A DNA stretch of 64,000 nt from an uncultured Fluviicola sp. (GCA_965650275.1 CBFGNV010000012.1:3111-67110); one strand, 5' to 3'. Counted from the stretch's first letter, positions 17,646 to 28,571 are shown. Notes: generated by a model not told the origin, from the sequence alone. A program made the numbers and translations.

Positions 17646-19835
17646 TTATTTTCCGTCCTCTGAGCTTTCGTCAGAAGGTTCTGATTCTTCATTTTTTTTG
17701 GATGCTGAGCCTGTCGAAGCATCTTTTAACGGTGAAACACTTCCAGTTGCAATGTTCTTCTCTTCAGAAGCAGCAAGTGGCGTTTCGTCGTTAGCAATTG
17801 GTGAAATTGTAGGTTCAGTTGCAGTTCCTTCTTGGGAAGATGATTCGGATGTTGGTGTGGCAACAACTTCTTCGCTTAAATCCCAAGTACGTTTTCCGAA
17901 AATTGCTTCCAAATCTTCTTTGAAGATCACTTCACGTTGCAAAAGAATATCTGCCAATTGTGTCAATTTATCTTTGTTCTCCGACAAAATTTGCTTCGCG
18001 CGAACATATTGTGCTTCAATTAACTTGTGAACTTCTTCATCGATTACACGAGCTGTAACATCAGAATATGGTTTCGTGAAAGCATCTCTACCTTGAGAAT
18101 CGTAGTAGGAGATATTACCAATTTTTTCATTCAATCCGTAAATGGAAACCATTGCGTAAGCTTGCTTCGTTACTTTCTCTAAATCGCTCAATGCACCTGT
18201 AGAAATTTTTCCAAAGATCAATTCTTCAGCAGCACGACCTCCCAATGCAGAACACATATCATCTAAGATTTGTTCTGTAGTTGTGATCTGACGTTCTTCA
18301 GGTAAGTACCATGCAGCTCCAAGTGAACGTCCACGAGGAACGATTGTTACTTTTACCAATGGGTGAGCGTGTTCCAATAACCATGAAGTTGTTGCGTGAC
18401 CAGCTTCGTGGAAGGCAATAGCACGTTTCTCTTCTTTGGTAATGATTTTGTTTTTCTTCTCTAAACCACCGATGATTCTGTCAACAGCATCTAAGAAATC
18501 TTGTTTTTCAACCGCTTTTTTGTCTTTACGCGCAGCAATCAAAGCCGCTTCGTTACACAAGTTTGCGATATCTGCTCCAGAGAATCCTGGAGTTTGACGG
18601 CTTAAGAAATCGATTTCGACGTCACCACCCAATTTCAATGGGCGCAAGTGAACTTCGAAAATTTCTTTACGCTCGTTCAAATCTGGCATATCAACATAAA
18701 TCTGACGGTCGAAACGTCCAGCACGCATTAAAGCTGAATCCAATACATCTGCACGGTTTGTTGCCGCAAGAATGATAACTCCGGAGTTCGTACCGAAACC
18801 ATCCATCTCTGTCAATAACTGGTTCAATGTATTCTCGCGCTCATCGTTTGAGTTGAATCCGTTGTTTTTACCACGTGCTCTACCAATTGCGTCGATCTCA
18901 TCAATAAAGATGATTGCAGGTGCTTTTTCTTTTGCCTGACGGAACAAGTCACGTACACGCGAAGCTCCAACTCCAACAAACATTTCAACGAAATCAGATC
19001 CTGAAAGCGAGAAGAATGGAACTTTTGCTTCACCGGCAACGGCTTTCGCCAATAAGGTTTTACCAGTTCCCGGAGGTCCTACCAATAAGGCTCCTTTCGG
19101 AATTTTCGCTCCAAGTTCGGTATAGCGCTTCGGATTTTTCAGGAACTCTACGATTTCCTCAATTTCTTCTTTCGCGCCCTCTAATCCGGCTACATCTTTA
19201 AACGTAACGTTTGTCGATTTTCCTTTTTCGTAAACCTGTGCTCTCGATTTTCCAATGTTGAAGATCTGTCCACCGGCACCTCCGCCGCCTCCCGACATAC
19301 GTCGAGTAAGGAACATGAACAAAGCAATGATCAATACCAAAGGAAGAAGATAACCAAGGATACCAGAGAAGTAATCTTTTTCTTCTTCAGGTGGTGCCGA
19401 AATAGGCGATTTCCCGTGTTTAACCAACGTGTCGCTAATAGCATCAAGACGCTCAACAAAATGTCCGGCATCGTTAATAGGAATGTTGAATTCCGGACTT
19501 AAACGCTGCTTGTTCTTTGCTTTTCTATCCTGAACGATCTTAGCGATCTTTTTGAATTCACCTTTTTGGTCTTTAGCAGATGCGAAGAATTTTTCACCTT
19601 TATCATTCAGGTAAAAATCAACTCTCGATCTGTTTACAACGCGAACGTTTTTAACCATCGACGAATCTGCAAGTGAATAGAATACATTTTCACCTGTTAG
19701 TTCCGTACTTGTAGTGTTTGTGAATAAAATTGCCCCCATTAGAGCAAAAGCAATTAATCCGTAAATCCAATAAATTGCATTTGGATTTCTGCGCGGTTTA
19801 TTACCGTTTGGATTATTATTGTTGTTTTCAGACAT
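17646..19835 (-). CDS. ftsH: ATP-dependent zinc metalloprotease FtsH
   Basis: Two TMs, [15 protein letters not shown] motif [23 protein letters not shown]. Confidence 0.98.
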   Translation of the reverse strand: MSENNNNNPNGNKPRRNPNAIYWIYGLIAFALMGAILFTNTTSTELTGENVFYSLADSSMVKNVRVVNRSRVDFYLNDKGEKFFASAKDQKGEFKKIAKIVQDRKAKNKQRLSPEFNIPINDAGHFVERLDAISDTLVKHGKSPISAPPEEEKDYFSGILGYLLPLVLIIALFMFLTRRMSGGGGGAGGQIFNIGKSRAQVYEKGKSTNVTFKDVAGLEGAKEEIEEIVEFLKNPKRYTELGAKIPKGALLVGPPGTGKTLLAKAVAGEAKVPFFSLSGSDFVEMFVGVGASRVRDLFRQAKEKAPAIIFIDEIDAIGRARGKNNGFNSNDERENTLNQLLTEMDGFGTNSGVIILAATNRADVLDSALMRAGRFDRQIYVDMPDLNERKEIFEVHLRPLKLGGDVEIDFLSRQTPGFSGADIANLCNEAALIAARKDKKAVEKQDFLDAVDRIIGGLEKKNKIITKEEKRAIAFHEAGHATTSWLLEHAHPLVKVTIVPRGRSLGAAWYLPEERQITTTEQILDDMCSALGGRAAEELIFGKISTGALSDLEKVTKQAYAMVSIYGLNEKIGNISYYDSQGRDAFTKPYSDVTARVIDEEVHKLIEAQYVRAKQILSENKDKLTQLADILLQREVIFKEDLEAIFGKRTWDLSEEVVATPTSESSSQEGTATEPTISPIANDETPLAASEEKNIATGSVSPLKDASTGSASKKNEESEPSDESSEDGK

Positions 19836-19841
19836 AATCGA

Positions 19842-20219
19842 TTAGTTCAAATTAGGTACATCCGTTCTGTGCGCGTCAGACCAAAGGTCTTCCAATTCAT
19901 AAAACACACGTGCATCTTTGTGGAAAATGTGAGCAACTACAGAAACGTAGTCAAGCAAGATCCATTCTGCAGTCGTTTTACCTTCCTGGTGCCACGGCTT
20001 TTCTTGTAGTTCTTTTCTTGTATGGCGTGCGACAGTAGAGCTGATACCTTCCACCTGCACCGTTGATTCTCCGGAGCAGATCACAAAGAAATCTGAAACT
20101 GCACTTGGAATATGACGTAAGTCCAATACAACAATATCCTTAGCCTTATTCTCCTGCATACCTTCTACGATGGCGTTGCAAAGAATGCTAGAATCTGTAT
20201 CTGTTTTTATTTTATACAT
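19842..20219 (-). CDS. rsfS: Ribosome silencing factor
   Basis: KAKDIVVLDLR...DFFVICSG...WILLDY...VAHIF...FYELEDLW. ATG 20219 preferred. Confidence 0.95.
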   Translation of the reverse strand: MYKIKTDTDSSILCNAIVEGMQENKAKDIVVLDLRHIPSAVSDFFVICSGESTVQVEGISSTVARHTRKELQEKPWHQEGKTTAEWILLDYVSVVAHIFHKDARVFYELEDLWSDAHRTDVPNLN

Positions 20220-20236
20220 TCGCTTTTTAATGTGCA

Positions 20237-20244
20237 CAAATCTA
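20237..20244 (-). promoter_or_regulatory. -7 element TAGATTTG for rsfS-ftsH
   Basis: TAnnTTTG match just upstream of ATG 20219, supporting that start. Confidence 0.6.
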
Positions 20245-20299
20245 AGCAAAACTTCAAGAGAATTGCTTTGTTTCTCGTGCTAATACTTGTTAAACATCA

Positions 20300-21028
20300 A
20301 TGATCGGTTCGAACATCATTTTTTTGCCCGAGGTAGACTCAACGAACAATTATATTGCCAAGCTCGTATCTGAAGGAAATATCAGCCATGGTACTGTAAT
20401 TTTGGCAGAACGTCAAACAGCAGGAAGAGGTCAAAGAGGTAACACCTGGCAGACTGCCACACAGAATCAGTTCACAGCGAGTATTTATTTGTCGACTGCT
20501 TTTTTGTCAGTTCATCATGCGCCATATCTAAATAAAGCGCTTGCAGTTGGTGTAGCTCAGGCGGTAAATGGAATTTTAGGAGAAACTGTTCGTTTAAAAT
20601 GGCCAAATGACATTTTGGTGAGTGATAAAAAACTGGGAGGAATCCTGATTGAAGGAAATATCAAAAATCAATCGTTGGAATATGTGATCTTCGGTTTGGG
20701 AATCAATCTGAAAAAGGAAAATGATATTCCCAAAAGCACAAGTTTGGAAGATCATGCATTCGTATTGTCTCCTTTTGAATTTCTGATGACACTTTTACCT
20801 AAGTTGCAAATGCAGTTTGAACTTTGTCAGCAATTTGCCTTTCAGGAAATTCAGAAGCAATACATGGATTTTTTATGGCGTTTGAACGAAGATCAGGTGA
20901 TTTCCAATCAGGAAGGTGAAACGTTTCTCGGAAGAATTATAGATGTGGATGAAACGGGTTCAGTGGTTATCCAATCGGATGAAGGAATAAAGGCTCATGG
21001 GTTGCAGGAAGTTAAGTTTAATTATTAG
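20300..21028 (+). CDS. birA: Biotin--protein ligase (no HTH domain)
   Basis: VDSTNNY, QTAGRGQRGNTW, KWPNDI...KLGGILIE. Confidence 0.95.
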   Translation: MIGSNIIFLPEVDSTNNYIAKLVSEGNISHGTVILAERQTAGRGQRGNTWQTATQNQFTASIYLSTAFLSVHHAPYLNKALAVGVAQAVNGILGETVRLKWPNDILVSDKKLGGILIEGNIKNQSLEYVIFGLGINLKKENDIPKSTSLEDHAFVLSPFEFLMTLLPKLQMQFELCQQFAFQEIQKQYMDFLWRLNEDQVISNQEGETFLGRIIDVDETGSVVIQSDEGIKAHGLQEVKFNY

Positions 21029-21032
21029 AGAT

Positions 21033-21108
21033 GTTATCTCGACTACGCTCGATAACCTTAAAGTACGAGATGGTGACTGAGTCCGCCGCGGCGGAAAGGC
21101 ACAATCAC
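21033..21108. repeat. REP-like hairpins (GTTATC-TCGACTACGCTC-GATAAC plus a degenerate copy containing TCCGCCGCGGCGGA)
   Basis: Lies between convergent genes; same TGAG/TCGA core family as other intergenic copies. Confidence 0.6.
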
Positions 21109-21506
21109 TCAAACTTCAATTGAAGCTTTTTCGTCATACTCTCAAACAACGAAGTCAATGGTTTTTGAACCATCATTTTCATGAACATGTTTACTTCGCC
21201 TTCAAATTGAAGGAATCCTGAACATGATTTTCCATCAATTGCTTTAATGTGAATGGACAATTTGTAAGGAAAAGGACCTTTGTCATCATCATTCATATCG
21301 ATTCTTTCTGAATCAACTTTTTCGGTGATAATTAGAGGGATTAGAATTCCACCTTGTACTTTGAAGCTGCAACCTTTATCATCTGCCTGAAAGTCTGAAA
21401 TCTTGTCGTGCGGCAATAATTGTTCTATGTTCTTCGGGATACAAAGAAATTCGAACACTTCTTTCGCAGAAGTTGAAATGGTTGTTTCAGTACCTTTAAT
21501 TGTCAT
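21105..21506 (-). CDS. SRPBCC/START-like small protein downstream of pyrE
   Basis: EVFEFL..PKNIEQLLP...MMVQKPLT pattern; operonic with pyrE. Confidence 0.7.
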   Translation of the reverse strand: MTIKGTETTISTSAKEVFEFLCIPKNIEQLLPHDKISDFQADDKGCSFKVQGGILIPLIITEKVDSERIDMNDDDKGPFPYKLSIHIKAIDGKSCSGFLQFEGEVNMFMKMMVQKPLTSLFESMTKKLQLKFE

Positions 21507-21509
21507 TGT

Positions 21510-22151
21510 TTATGGTTTCCAGGTGTCTGGTGATTTACGCCAGTCTTTCAACGACGTAACATCAGATGCATTAATGTATTCCAATTTTACTGCCTGATCG
21601 ATCAAATGTTCGTAATCCGTTAAAGTTACGAAAGCACAATCGGCCTTGTCAAAGTTTTTCAAGGCAATGTCGAACTCATATGTGAAGATAGCAACAAGTC
21701 CTTTAACATCACAACCAGCTTCTCTCAAAGCTTCAACTGCCGTTAACGAACTTCCACCTGTTGAGATCAAATCTTCCAAAACAACTATTTTTTGTCCTGG
21801 TTCAAAATGACCTTCAATTTGATTTCCTAAACCATGACCTTTTGCCGTACTTCTTACATAGATAAAAGGAATTCCCAATTCCTGAGCAACCAAAGCGCCT
21901 TGTGCAATTCCACCCGTTGCTACACCTGCAATTGCATCTGGTTTTCCAAAGTGTTCCAAAATTGCTGTTGCGTAAGCTTGACGAATGTGTGTGCGGATTG
22001 CTGGGAAAGAGAGCGTTTTTCGATTGTCGCAGTAAATAGGTGATAACCACCCTGAGGCCCAGGTAAACGGATTACTTGGCTGTAACTTTACTGCTTTAAT
22101 TTGTAATAAAAATTCTGCTATTTTTAACGCTTGGTCTTTGTTTGAAATCAT
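21510..22151 (-). CDS. pyrE: Orotate phosphoribosyltransferase
   Basis: FTWASGWLSPIYCDNR and PRPP motif VVLEDLISTGGS. ATG 22151 preferred because TACATTTG lies just upstream. Confidence 0.96.
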   Translation of the reverse strand: MISNKDQALKIAEFLLQIKAVKLQPSNPFTWASGWLSPIYCDNRKTLSFPAIRTHIRQAYATAILEHFGKPDAIAGVATGGIAQGALVAQELGIPFIYVRSTAKGHGLGNQIEGHFEPGQKIVVLEDLISTGGSSLTAVEALREAGCDVKGLVAIFTYEFDIALKNFDKADCAFVTLTDYEHLIDQAVKLEYINASDVTSLKDWRKSPDTWKP

Positions 22152-22158
22152 GCCGCAA

Positions 22159-22773
22159 ATGTACAAAGTTTTTATTGATAACGTCGAAGTTCGCTTTGTT
22201 CAACAGAGCGAGAAAAAGAAAGGGAAAGGAATTGTCTTTTTAGAACTGTCAGATTTTGAGTCGAATAGCGACTTTTTTAGAATGCTTTTAGATTATAAGG
22301 AAGCGAATCTTGTTGTGATAAATTGTGCGAATGTGGAAGCAGATTTTAAGCGCGTTTTCAGATCTTACACTAAAATCAGTACTGCGGGCGGTGTTGTAAG
22401 ACGTAAAAAATCAATTTTGGTTATTAAGCGCCTTGGAAAATGGGACTTGCCCAAGGGTAAAATTGAGAAAGGAGAATTACCTCAAATTGCCGGTTACAGA
22501 GAAATTGAAGAGGAATGTGGAATTCAGGGACATGTTCTGTTCGACATTATTGGTGAAACTTATCATACCTATACTTTTCAAAATAAGAAAGTGCTTAAAC
22601 GCAATTATTGGTACTACTTCCTGTATTCCGGACCAAAGGAATTGACTGCGCAAACGGAGGAAGATATTACAGATGCGAAATGGGTCAAAAAAGAAGACTT
22701 GAAGAAAATTAAACGGAATACGTATGGTTCAATTAAGGCTGTTTTAAAAATGTGGGAGAAAAAGTTTGGATAA
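22159..22773 (+). CDS. NUDIX hydrolase
   Basis: Nudix box WDLPKGKIEKGE......YREIEEECGI. ATG 22159 (MYKVF) preferred. Confidence 0.9.
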   Translation: MYKVFIDNVEVRFVQQSEKKKGKGIVFLELSDFESNSDFFRMLLDYKEANLVVINCANVEADFKRVFRSYTKISTAGGVVRRKKSILVIKRLGKWDLPKGKIEKGELPQIAGYREIEEECGIQGHVLFDIIGETYHTYTFQNKKVLKRNYWYYFLYSGPKELTAQTEEDITDAKWVKKEDLKKIKRNTYGSIKAVLKMWEKKFG

Positions 22774-22838
22774 AATTTTGTTAACACAACAGTACTTTTC
22801 GAAATCTATTGTATTCTTGTAAAGTAAAAACTATAAAG

Positions 22839-23306
22839 ATGAAAGCATTATTGATATTGGCTTGTTCACTTTTAACTGTTGGAGCAATGGCTCAAACAAC
22901 AGAACCAGCTAAAGAAACAAAACCAAAGAAAGAAAAAATTGCAAAGGTTAAGAAAGCTCCAGTTGAGTTTAAAACCTTGGTTATTGAAATGAATGATATT
23001 CCATACGGAACGGATACGTCATTCGTTTTTGAGTTTAAGAATAACGGAAAAGAGCCTGTTATGATTACTGAAGCTAGACCAAGCTGTGGTTGTACAACTC
23101 CTCAAAAACCAACTGAGCCGCTTAAAAAAGGAAAAACAGAAAAATTGGTTGTGAAGTACGATACAAAACGTATTGGTGCGTTTACAAAAACGATCACTGT
23201 TACCACAAATGTTTCAACTGAGCCTATCATCCTTACAATTAAAGGAACAGTATTGCCTCAACAAACAGAAGGAACCCAAGAAGGGCACGAAGGACACGGT
23301 CATTAA
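22839..23306 (+). CDS. DUF1573 domain secreted protein
   Basis: F.FKNNGKEPVMI...PSCGCTTP...PLKKG.......YDT motif; His-rich tail HEGHGH. Confidence 0.88.
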   Translation: MKALLILACSLLTVGAMAQTTEPAKETKPKKEKIAKVKKAPVEFKTLVIEMNDIPYGTDTSFVFEFKNNGKEPVMITEARPSCGCTTPQKPTEPLKKGKTEKLVVKYDTKRIGAFTKTITVTTNVSTEPIILTIKGTVLPQQTEGTQEGHEGHGH

Positions 23307-23329
23307 TTTTCCACCACGGATTTATATAG

Positions 23330-23361
23330 AAAGCCTGGATGTTTTGTCCGGGCTTTTTTTT
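23330..23361 (+). terminator. Intrinsic terminator
   Basis: AAAGCCTGGA/TCCGGGCTTT stem followed by a T-run. Confidence 0.75.
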
Positions 23362-23477
23362 ATCCCAATGTTATCTGCGAACTCACGAACTGAATAAAGC
23401 TTTTTGGTGAAAATTCGTGATTTTACGAATTCATGAATTAATGTGTTTGTGAAATCATTGAATCATGTTTTTTGTGC

Positions 23478-23514
23478 AAAAAAAAGAGCCATCCACCTGT
23501 GGCGAATGACTCTT
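23478..23514 (-). terminator. Intrinsic terminator after the cyclophilin gene
   Basis: AAGAGTCATTC/GATGGCTCTT stem followed by a T-run on the minus strand. Confidence 0.6.
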
Positions 23515-23536
23515 CATATTTTTAGATCACCGTTTA

Positions 23537-23989
23537 TTAATCAACAATCTTAATCGATTCAATTCTATCTCCTTGAGCAATTGCGTCAATAACATCCAAT
23601 CCATCAATCACTTTTCCGAAGCACGTATGATTTCTGTCTAAGTGAGCTGTGTTAGTTCTGCTGTGACAAACGAAAAATTGAGATCCACCAGTATTTCTTC
23701 CAGCGTGTGCCATTGATAAAACACCACGATCGTGATATTGATTTCCACCTGTTAATTCGCAATCAATTTTGTATCCAGGACCACCAGTTCCTGGCATTCC
23801 AGTTGCTCCTTCACGTGAATTTGGACATCCACCCTGAATAACGAAATCAGGAAGAACTCTGTGGAAAGTCAAACCATCATAATATCCTTCTTTTGCCAAC
23901 TTAACAAAGTTTGCTACTGTATTCGGTGCATCTGCTTCGTAGAATTCTACGGTCATTGCACCTTTTGCTGTTGTGATAATTCCTTGCAT
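23537..23989 (-). CDS. Cyclophilin-type peptidyl-prolyl isomerase
   Basis: APNTVANF, YYDGLTFHRV, FVIQGG, LSMAHAG, GGSQFF, HLD..HTCFGKV. Confidence 0.96.
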   Translation of the reverse strand: MQGIITTAKGAMTVEFYEADAPNTVANFVKLAKEGYYDGLTFHRVLPDFVIQGGCPNSREGATGMPGTGGPGYKIDCELTGGNQYHDRGVLSMAHAGRNTGGSQFFVCHSRTNTAHLDRNHTCFGKVIDGLDVIDAIAQGDRIESIKIVD

Positions 23990-24003
23990 TGTAATTTTTT
24001 TTG

Positions 24004-24011
24004 CAAAGATA
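24004..24011 (-). promoter_or_regulatory. -7 element TATCTTTG for the cyclophilin gene
   Basis: Exact TAnnTTTG match, 14 nt upstream of the ATG. Confidence 0.65.
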
Positions 24012-24068
24012 GAGATATTCTGCTTTTGTCAACCTTCGTTATAATTTAGATATTCCGTTACACTACAA

Positions 24069-24152
24069 TCGAAATCACTCAGTCTGACCAGTTACGTTTT
24101 CAGGTCACACTGAGTGTTTCGTCCGGAAGGACGAAATGTATCGAAGTGTGAC
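24069..24152 (+). ncRNA. Structured repeat, copy 2 (24104-24152), preceded by an inverted half copy
   Basis: GTCACAC-TGAGTG-TTTCGTCC-GGAA-GGACGAAA-TGTATCGAA-GTGTGAC; both stems are perfect. Confidence 0.6.
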
Positions 24153-24249
24153 TATTCTCCAAATCCTAAAAATAGTTTACAGGGTAAATATTTCTTGTTT
24201 TCTGTTAAAATCGAAATTCGTTTAGGTATTGAATGCTTAATTTTACCGC

Positions 24250-25827
24250 ATGAAAATTTCAGAAGCATCTCGCAGTGATTTCAAACAGTTTTCGGGGTTC
24301 TCGAAAGCATTTACGAATCAAGATTCCTTTCGTGCATTTTTGCATCGACCATTGAATTCGGGGAGCGATTTGAAGCTGCAGGCTACAGAAAAAACAGCTT
24401 TGTATTCCAACGAGAACAGAAGTGTTCTGGTAAACGTTCTTAGCGACCAAATGCTTGAATTTGCTTCTGAAAGTCAGCGAAAAAATCTAAAACTTTTGGA
24501 GCAGGGAAGTACGGTTACGATTACAACCGGACATCAATTGACTCTGTTTGGCGGACCACTTTATCTGGTTTACAAAGTAATGCATGTGGTAAAGTTGGCA
24601 GAAGAATTCAACGCTCTATCTTCCGTTAATAAAGCTGTTCCTGTGTTCTGGATGGCAAGTGAAGATCATGATTTTGAGGAGATTTCAAGTGCATCCTTAT
24701 TCAATCAACAATTGAAATGGGTGACAGATCAAACGGGTGCGGTTGGTCGAATGAATACCAAGGAGTTTATGGAAGTGTATTCCACTTTTTCAGAACTGTT
24801 TAAAGGTAAAGAAACGGCCATTCAACGATTGCTATCCATTCCTGTTGATGAGAATTATGCCGTTTATTTTCAACGTTTTTTGATCGAACTTTTTGCTGAT
24901 TACGGTGTTTTGGTCATTCAACCTGATGATGCGCGATTGAAAACATTGTTTTTGCCTTCGATTTTAAGTGAATTGGAGAGCGATGCCTCTTTGAAAGCGG
25001 TTGAAACAACCAATGCTGAACTGATCAAAGCTGGTTATACACCTCAGGCAATTGCGAAGAATTGTAATCTTTTTTCACTGAAAGAAGACAAACGAACTCG
25101 TATTGATAGAATTGAGAAAGGTTTTGCCGTTGACGGTGAGGTCTTTTCGAAAGAAGAATTACAGGAATTGGCAACAAATTCTCCTGAATCGTTTTCTCCA
25201 AATGTGATTCTTCGACCAGTTTATCAGGAAACCATACTTCCGAACATATGTTATGTTGGAGGTGGTGGAGAAATGGCTTACTGGGTTCAGCTAAAAGGTG
25301 TTTTCGAAGCCAAAAACATTCCCTTCCCACTTATTGCTCAACGAAATTCAGTGATTTTAATTGATGGGGGAACAGAGAAGAAATTGAATACTATGAATTT
25401 ATCATGGCTGGATTTTAAAGACGATATCGAACAATTGAAAAAAGCACAACTGGCCTTGTTAAGTGGTGAAGATGTTGATTTTTCGGAATTGACTTCAGCA
25501 GTGAAAGTATTGAAAGAAGCAATGGTCGACAAAGCTGCGAAAACGGATAAATCATTAGAATCCTTTGCCGAAGCGGAAGTCGTGCGCGTTCAAAAGCAAA
25601 TTGAAAACTTCGAACAGCGAATCATTAAACAGGTGAAACAGAAAAACGAGGTTCAACTGAAACAGATGGATACCGTTGCGGATAAGTTGTTCCCGTCTGG
25701 TGGTTTACAGGAACGTCATTTTCACTGGCTGCATTTTGCTCCTTCAGGAAATTTTGACGAATTGTTCAAGGCAATATACGATGGAATAGAGCCTTTTAAT
25801 TCAAATTTCATTGCAATTCGTAGCTAA
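24250..25827 (+). CDS. bshC: Bacillithiol biosynthesis cysteine-adding enzyme
   Basis: TTGHQL.LFGGPLY..YK, VPVFWMASEDHDFEEI, SPNVILRPVYQE..LP...YVGGGGE.AYW, LQER. Confidence 0.93.
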   Translation: MKISEASRSDFKQFSGFSKAFTNQDSFRAFLHRPLNSGSDLKLQATEKTALYSNENRSVLVNVLSDQMLEFASESQRKNLKLLEQGSTVTITTGHQLTLFGGPLYLVYKVMHVVKLAEEFNALSSVNKAVPVFWMASEDHDFEEISSASLFNQQLKWVTDQTGAVGRMNTKEFMEVYSTFSELFKGKETAIQRLLSIPVDENYAVYFQRFLIELFADYGVLVIQPDDARLKTLFLPSILSELESDASLKAVETTNAELIKAGYTPQAIAKNCNLFSLKEDKRTRIDRIEKGFAVDGEVFSKEELQELATNSPESFSPNVILRPVYQETILPNICYVGGGGEMAYWVQLKGVFEAKNIPFPLIAQRNSVILIDGGTEKKLNTMNLSWLDFKDDIEQLKKAQLALLSGEDVDFSELTSAVKVLKEAMVDKAAKTDKSLESFAEAEVVRVQKQIENFEQRIIKQVKQKNEVQLKQMDTVADKLFPSGGLQERHFHWLHFAPSGNFDELFKAIYDGIEPFNSNFIAIRS

Positions 25828-25875
25828 AAGACGAAAGGAATATACTATTTTCGGCCTCCTTTCGTTTTGAAACTG

Positions 25876-28509
25876 ATGAACTTTAAATCCGGACTATTTT
25901 TACTCGCTTTATTCTTCACTTCGAGCATTGCCTTTGCTCAGGTAAAAGTGCAGGGAAATGTGGTCGACAGATCTTCGAAACCGTGGCCGGAATTGCCTGT
26001 TGTACTTGCAAATCAGAAAGACACCGTTATCACTCTAACAGATAGAAAAGGTGAATTTGAGTTTAAGAATGTTGTTCCCGGAACGTATCGGATTTTAGTT
26101 GAAGAAGGTAGCGGGGTTCGCTCAACTGAGGTGATTATTCCAAATCTGGAACAAGTTAAGATCCCTGAAATTAAGCTCAATGAAGGTTATCTGAAAATAG
26201 TGGACATTTACGTGGAGCAATTTGAAATTGATCCCATTCGTCCACCTGATTTTGGAAAGTTACTTACTGGTGGTGTAGAACGAATTTTGATCTATGCGAC
26301 TCCAGCAAGTTCCAATAACGAATTGACTTCCAATTACAATGTTCGTGGTGGAAATTATGATGAAAACCTGGTTTATGTCAATGGGTTTTTGGTCAATCGC
26401 CCGTTTTTGACACGTTCGGGTCAGCAAGAAGGAATGAGTTTTGTCAATACCTTATTGGTTCAGAATTTGGCTTTTTCAGGTGGTGGATTCCAGGCTATAT
26501 ACGGAGACAAATTGAGTTCTGTTCTTGATATTCATTATAAACGACCAGATTCCTTGCGTGCTTCAGCGTTGGTTGGTTTGTTGGGAATGGAAGGTCATTT
26601 CGAAAATAAATTTGGAGAACGTTTTCGGGTGTTGTTCGGAACACGTTACAGAGCAAACGGTTATTTATTGAATTCGCTTCCTTCAAAAGGAAATTACAAT
26701 CCTGTTTATTGGGATGCACAGTTGCTCACAACTTACGACATTACTGAAAAGTGGGAATGGTCCATTTTAGCACATACTTCTTCCAATCGTTTCCGCTTTG
26801 CACCAGAGACACAAAAAACCGATTTCGGAACATCGAATGAAGCCTATTCATTCAACATTTATTTCGATGGTCAGGAAAACACACGTTTTCTAACTTCTAC
26901 AGTTGGAACTTCATTGACCTATAAAGGGACGAAATATCGTGGCTCTACCTATTTTACTGCATTCAATTCTAACGAATCTGAGAATTTCGATATTCAGGGA
27001 CAGTATTTCATTAATGAATTGGAAACCGATCCTTCGAAAGAGGAGTTTGGAGATTCTATTGCCGTTTTGGGAGTTGGTACTTTCCTTAATCACGCCCGAA
27101 ACCAGTTGAATGCATCCATTTTTACTGCTTATCACGATGCGAATTTCTATCTGAAGAAGTTTACAAAAACATGGGAAGGCGATAGAAACTTCAGCAATAC
27201 GTTGAAAGTTGGCGGTGGTGTTCAGTTCGACGATTTTTCGGATGTGATCTCTGAATGGCGCATGATTGATAGTGCTGGATTCTCGCTTCCGCAGGGAAAT
27301 ACGGAATCTGTGCAATTGATGGAAACCATTAAGAGTAATCTTTCCATTGAAAATCAACGTTATTTCGGATATGCTCAAGAGCATTTGGAATGGCTTTTTA
27401 GAAGAGATTCTGTGAAATTGACGAAGTATAAGTACGATGTTAAAACAGACAAGGAGATTCTGGTCGCCGATTCCATTATTGAAAAAACCAATGCGAAAGT
27501 GCAGCTGGATTTCGGTACAAGAGCTGTTTATACCACTTACAACGACGAATTCTTTTTAGCGCCGAGAGCAAGTTTGAGCATTCTTCCAGTTAAATATGCT
27601 TATCACGACAGCAGTTTTATTCGTCGATTTGTGCGTTATACCTTTGCAGCCGGAATTTACAATCAACCGCCATTTTATAGAGAATTCAGAAAGTATGATG
27701 GGACGTTGAATCCGAATGTGAAGTCTCAAAAGTCGGCACATTTTGTAGGTGGAATGGAATACAATTTCTACATGTGGAAACGTGATGTTCCATTCAAGTT
27801 TACGGTTGAAGGTTATTACAAGTACATGTGGGACATTAACCCATACGAAATTGAAAACGTTCGCATTCGCTACTATGCAGATAACATTGCGAAAGGTTAC
27901 GCAACCGGGTTGGATATGATGTTGAATGGGGAATTTGTTCCCGGATTGTTGTCTTTTTTCAAAGTAAGTGTACTTTCTACTAAGGAAGATATTTTGAATG
28001 ATCAGTACACGAATTATTACAATGCCGCTGGTGAAGTGATTAAACCTGGAATTAGTGAAGATCAGGTTGCCGTTGATTCGGCAGTTGTTTATCCGGGTTA
28101 CATTCGTCGACCTTCAGATCAACGTGTGAATGTGGGAGTTTACTTTCAGGATAAAATGCCGGGATTTGAACGTTTGACAGCCACTTTAGGATTGAACTAT
28201 GGCTCACGCTTACCTTATGGTCCGCCAGATTTTACACGCTACAAAGATACGTTGACGATGAAAGCCTATTTCCGTGTCGATCTGGGATTCTCGTTCAGTT
28301 TATTGCAGGTAGATCCTAAAAAGCCGAACAAACATGCGTGGCAGAATAAACTCTCCGATTGTATTGTTACTGTTGAGTGTTGGAATTTGTTGGGTTACAA
28401 CAATGTCCTTTCAAAACAATGGATTCAGGATGTTTCTGGAAAATATTATTCTATCCCGAATTATTTGACCTCTAGGAGGTTGAATTTGAAATTGTTGATT
28501 CGAATCTAG
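25876..28509 (+). CDS. TonB-dependent receptor-like outer membrane protein with a carboxypeptidase-regulatory-like N-domain
   Basis: Signal peptide; plug YNVRGGNYDENLVYVNG, FSGGGF.A.YGDKLSSVLDI; beta-barrel-type C-terminus. The upstream TTG 25867 lies inside a hairpin. Confidence 0.88.
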   Translation: MNFKSGLFLLALFFTSSIAFAQVKVQGNVVDRSSKPWPELPVVLANQKDTVITLTDRKGEFEFKNVVPGTYRILVEEGSGVRSTEVIIPNLEQVKIPEIKLNEGYLKIVDIYVEQFEIDPIRPPDFGKLLTGGVERILIYATPASSNNELTSNYNVRGGNYDENLVYVNGFLVNRPFLTRSGQQEGMSFVNTLLVQNLAFSGGGFQAIYGDKLSSVLDIHYKRPDSLRASALVGLLGMEGHFENKFGERFRVLFGTRYRANGYLLNSLPSKGNYNPVYWDAQLLTTYDITEKWEWSILAHTSSNRFRFAPETQKTDFGTSNEAYSFNIYFDGQENTRFLTSTVGTSLTYKGTKYRGSTYFTAFNSNESENFDIQGQYFINELETDPSKEEFGDSIAVLGVGTFLNHARNQLNASIFTAYHDANFYLKKFTKTWEGDRNFSNTLKVGGGVQFDDFSDVISEWRMIDSAGFSLPQGNTESVQLMETIKSNLSIENQRYFGYAQEHLEWLFRRDSVKLTKYKYDVKTDKEILVADSIIEKTNAKVQLDFGTRAVYTTYNDEFFLAPRASLSILPVKYAYHDSSFIRRFVRYTFAAGIYNQPPFYREFRKYDGTLNPNVKSQKSAHFVGGMEYNFYMWKRDVPFKFTVEGYYKYMWDINPYEIENVRIRYYADNIAKGYATGLDMMLNGEFVPGLLSFFKVSVLSTKEDILNDQYTNYYNAAGEVIKPGISEDQVAVDSAVVYPGYIRRPSDQRVNVGVYFQDKMPGFERLTATLGLNYGSRLPYGPPDFTRYKDTLTMKAYFRVDLGFSFSLLQVDPKKPNKHAWQNKLSDCIVTVECWNLLGYNNVLSKQWIQDVSGKYYSIPNYLTSRRLNLKLLIRI

Positions 28510-28571
28510 ATTTTTAGAGTCTGGATATTGAGAATTTGGAACCTGGATTTTGAGAGTCTGGAATCGGGAAA

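Noticed and set aside
17602-19201. Plus-strand ORFs opposite ftsH (e.g. 142 aa at 17602-18030)
   Set aside because: Antisense shadows of a conserved gene. The same applies to the shadow ORFs over E2, icmF, ftsY, rpsB, tsf, frr and addA.
22138-22166. Apparent head-to-head overlap of pyrE and the NUDIX gene
   Set aside because: It disappears when the better starts (22151 and 22159) are used; this is an ordinary compact divergent arrangement.
24104-24152. Hammerhead ribozyme (CTGAG...CGAA cores flanking a hairpin)
   Set aside because: The core is not CUGANGA/GAAA and there is no third stem with an NUH cleavage site.
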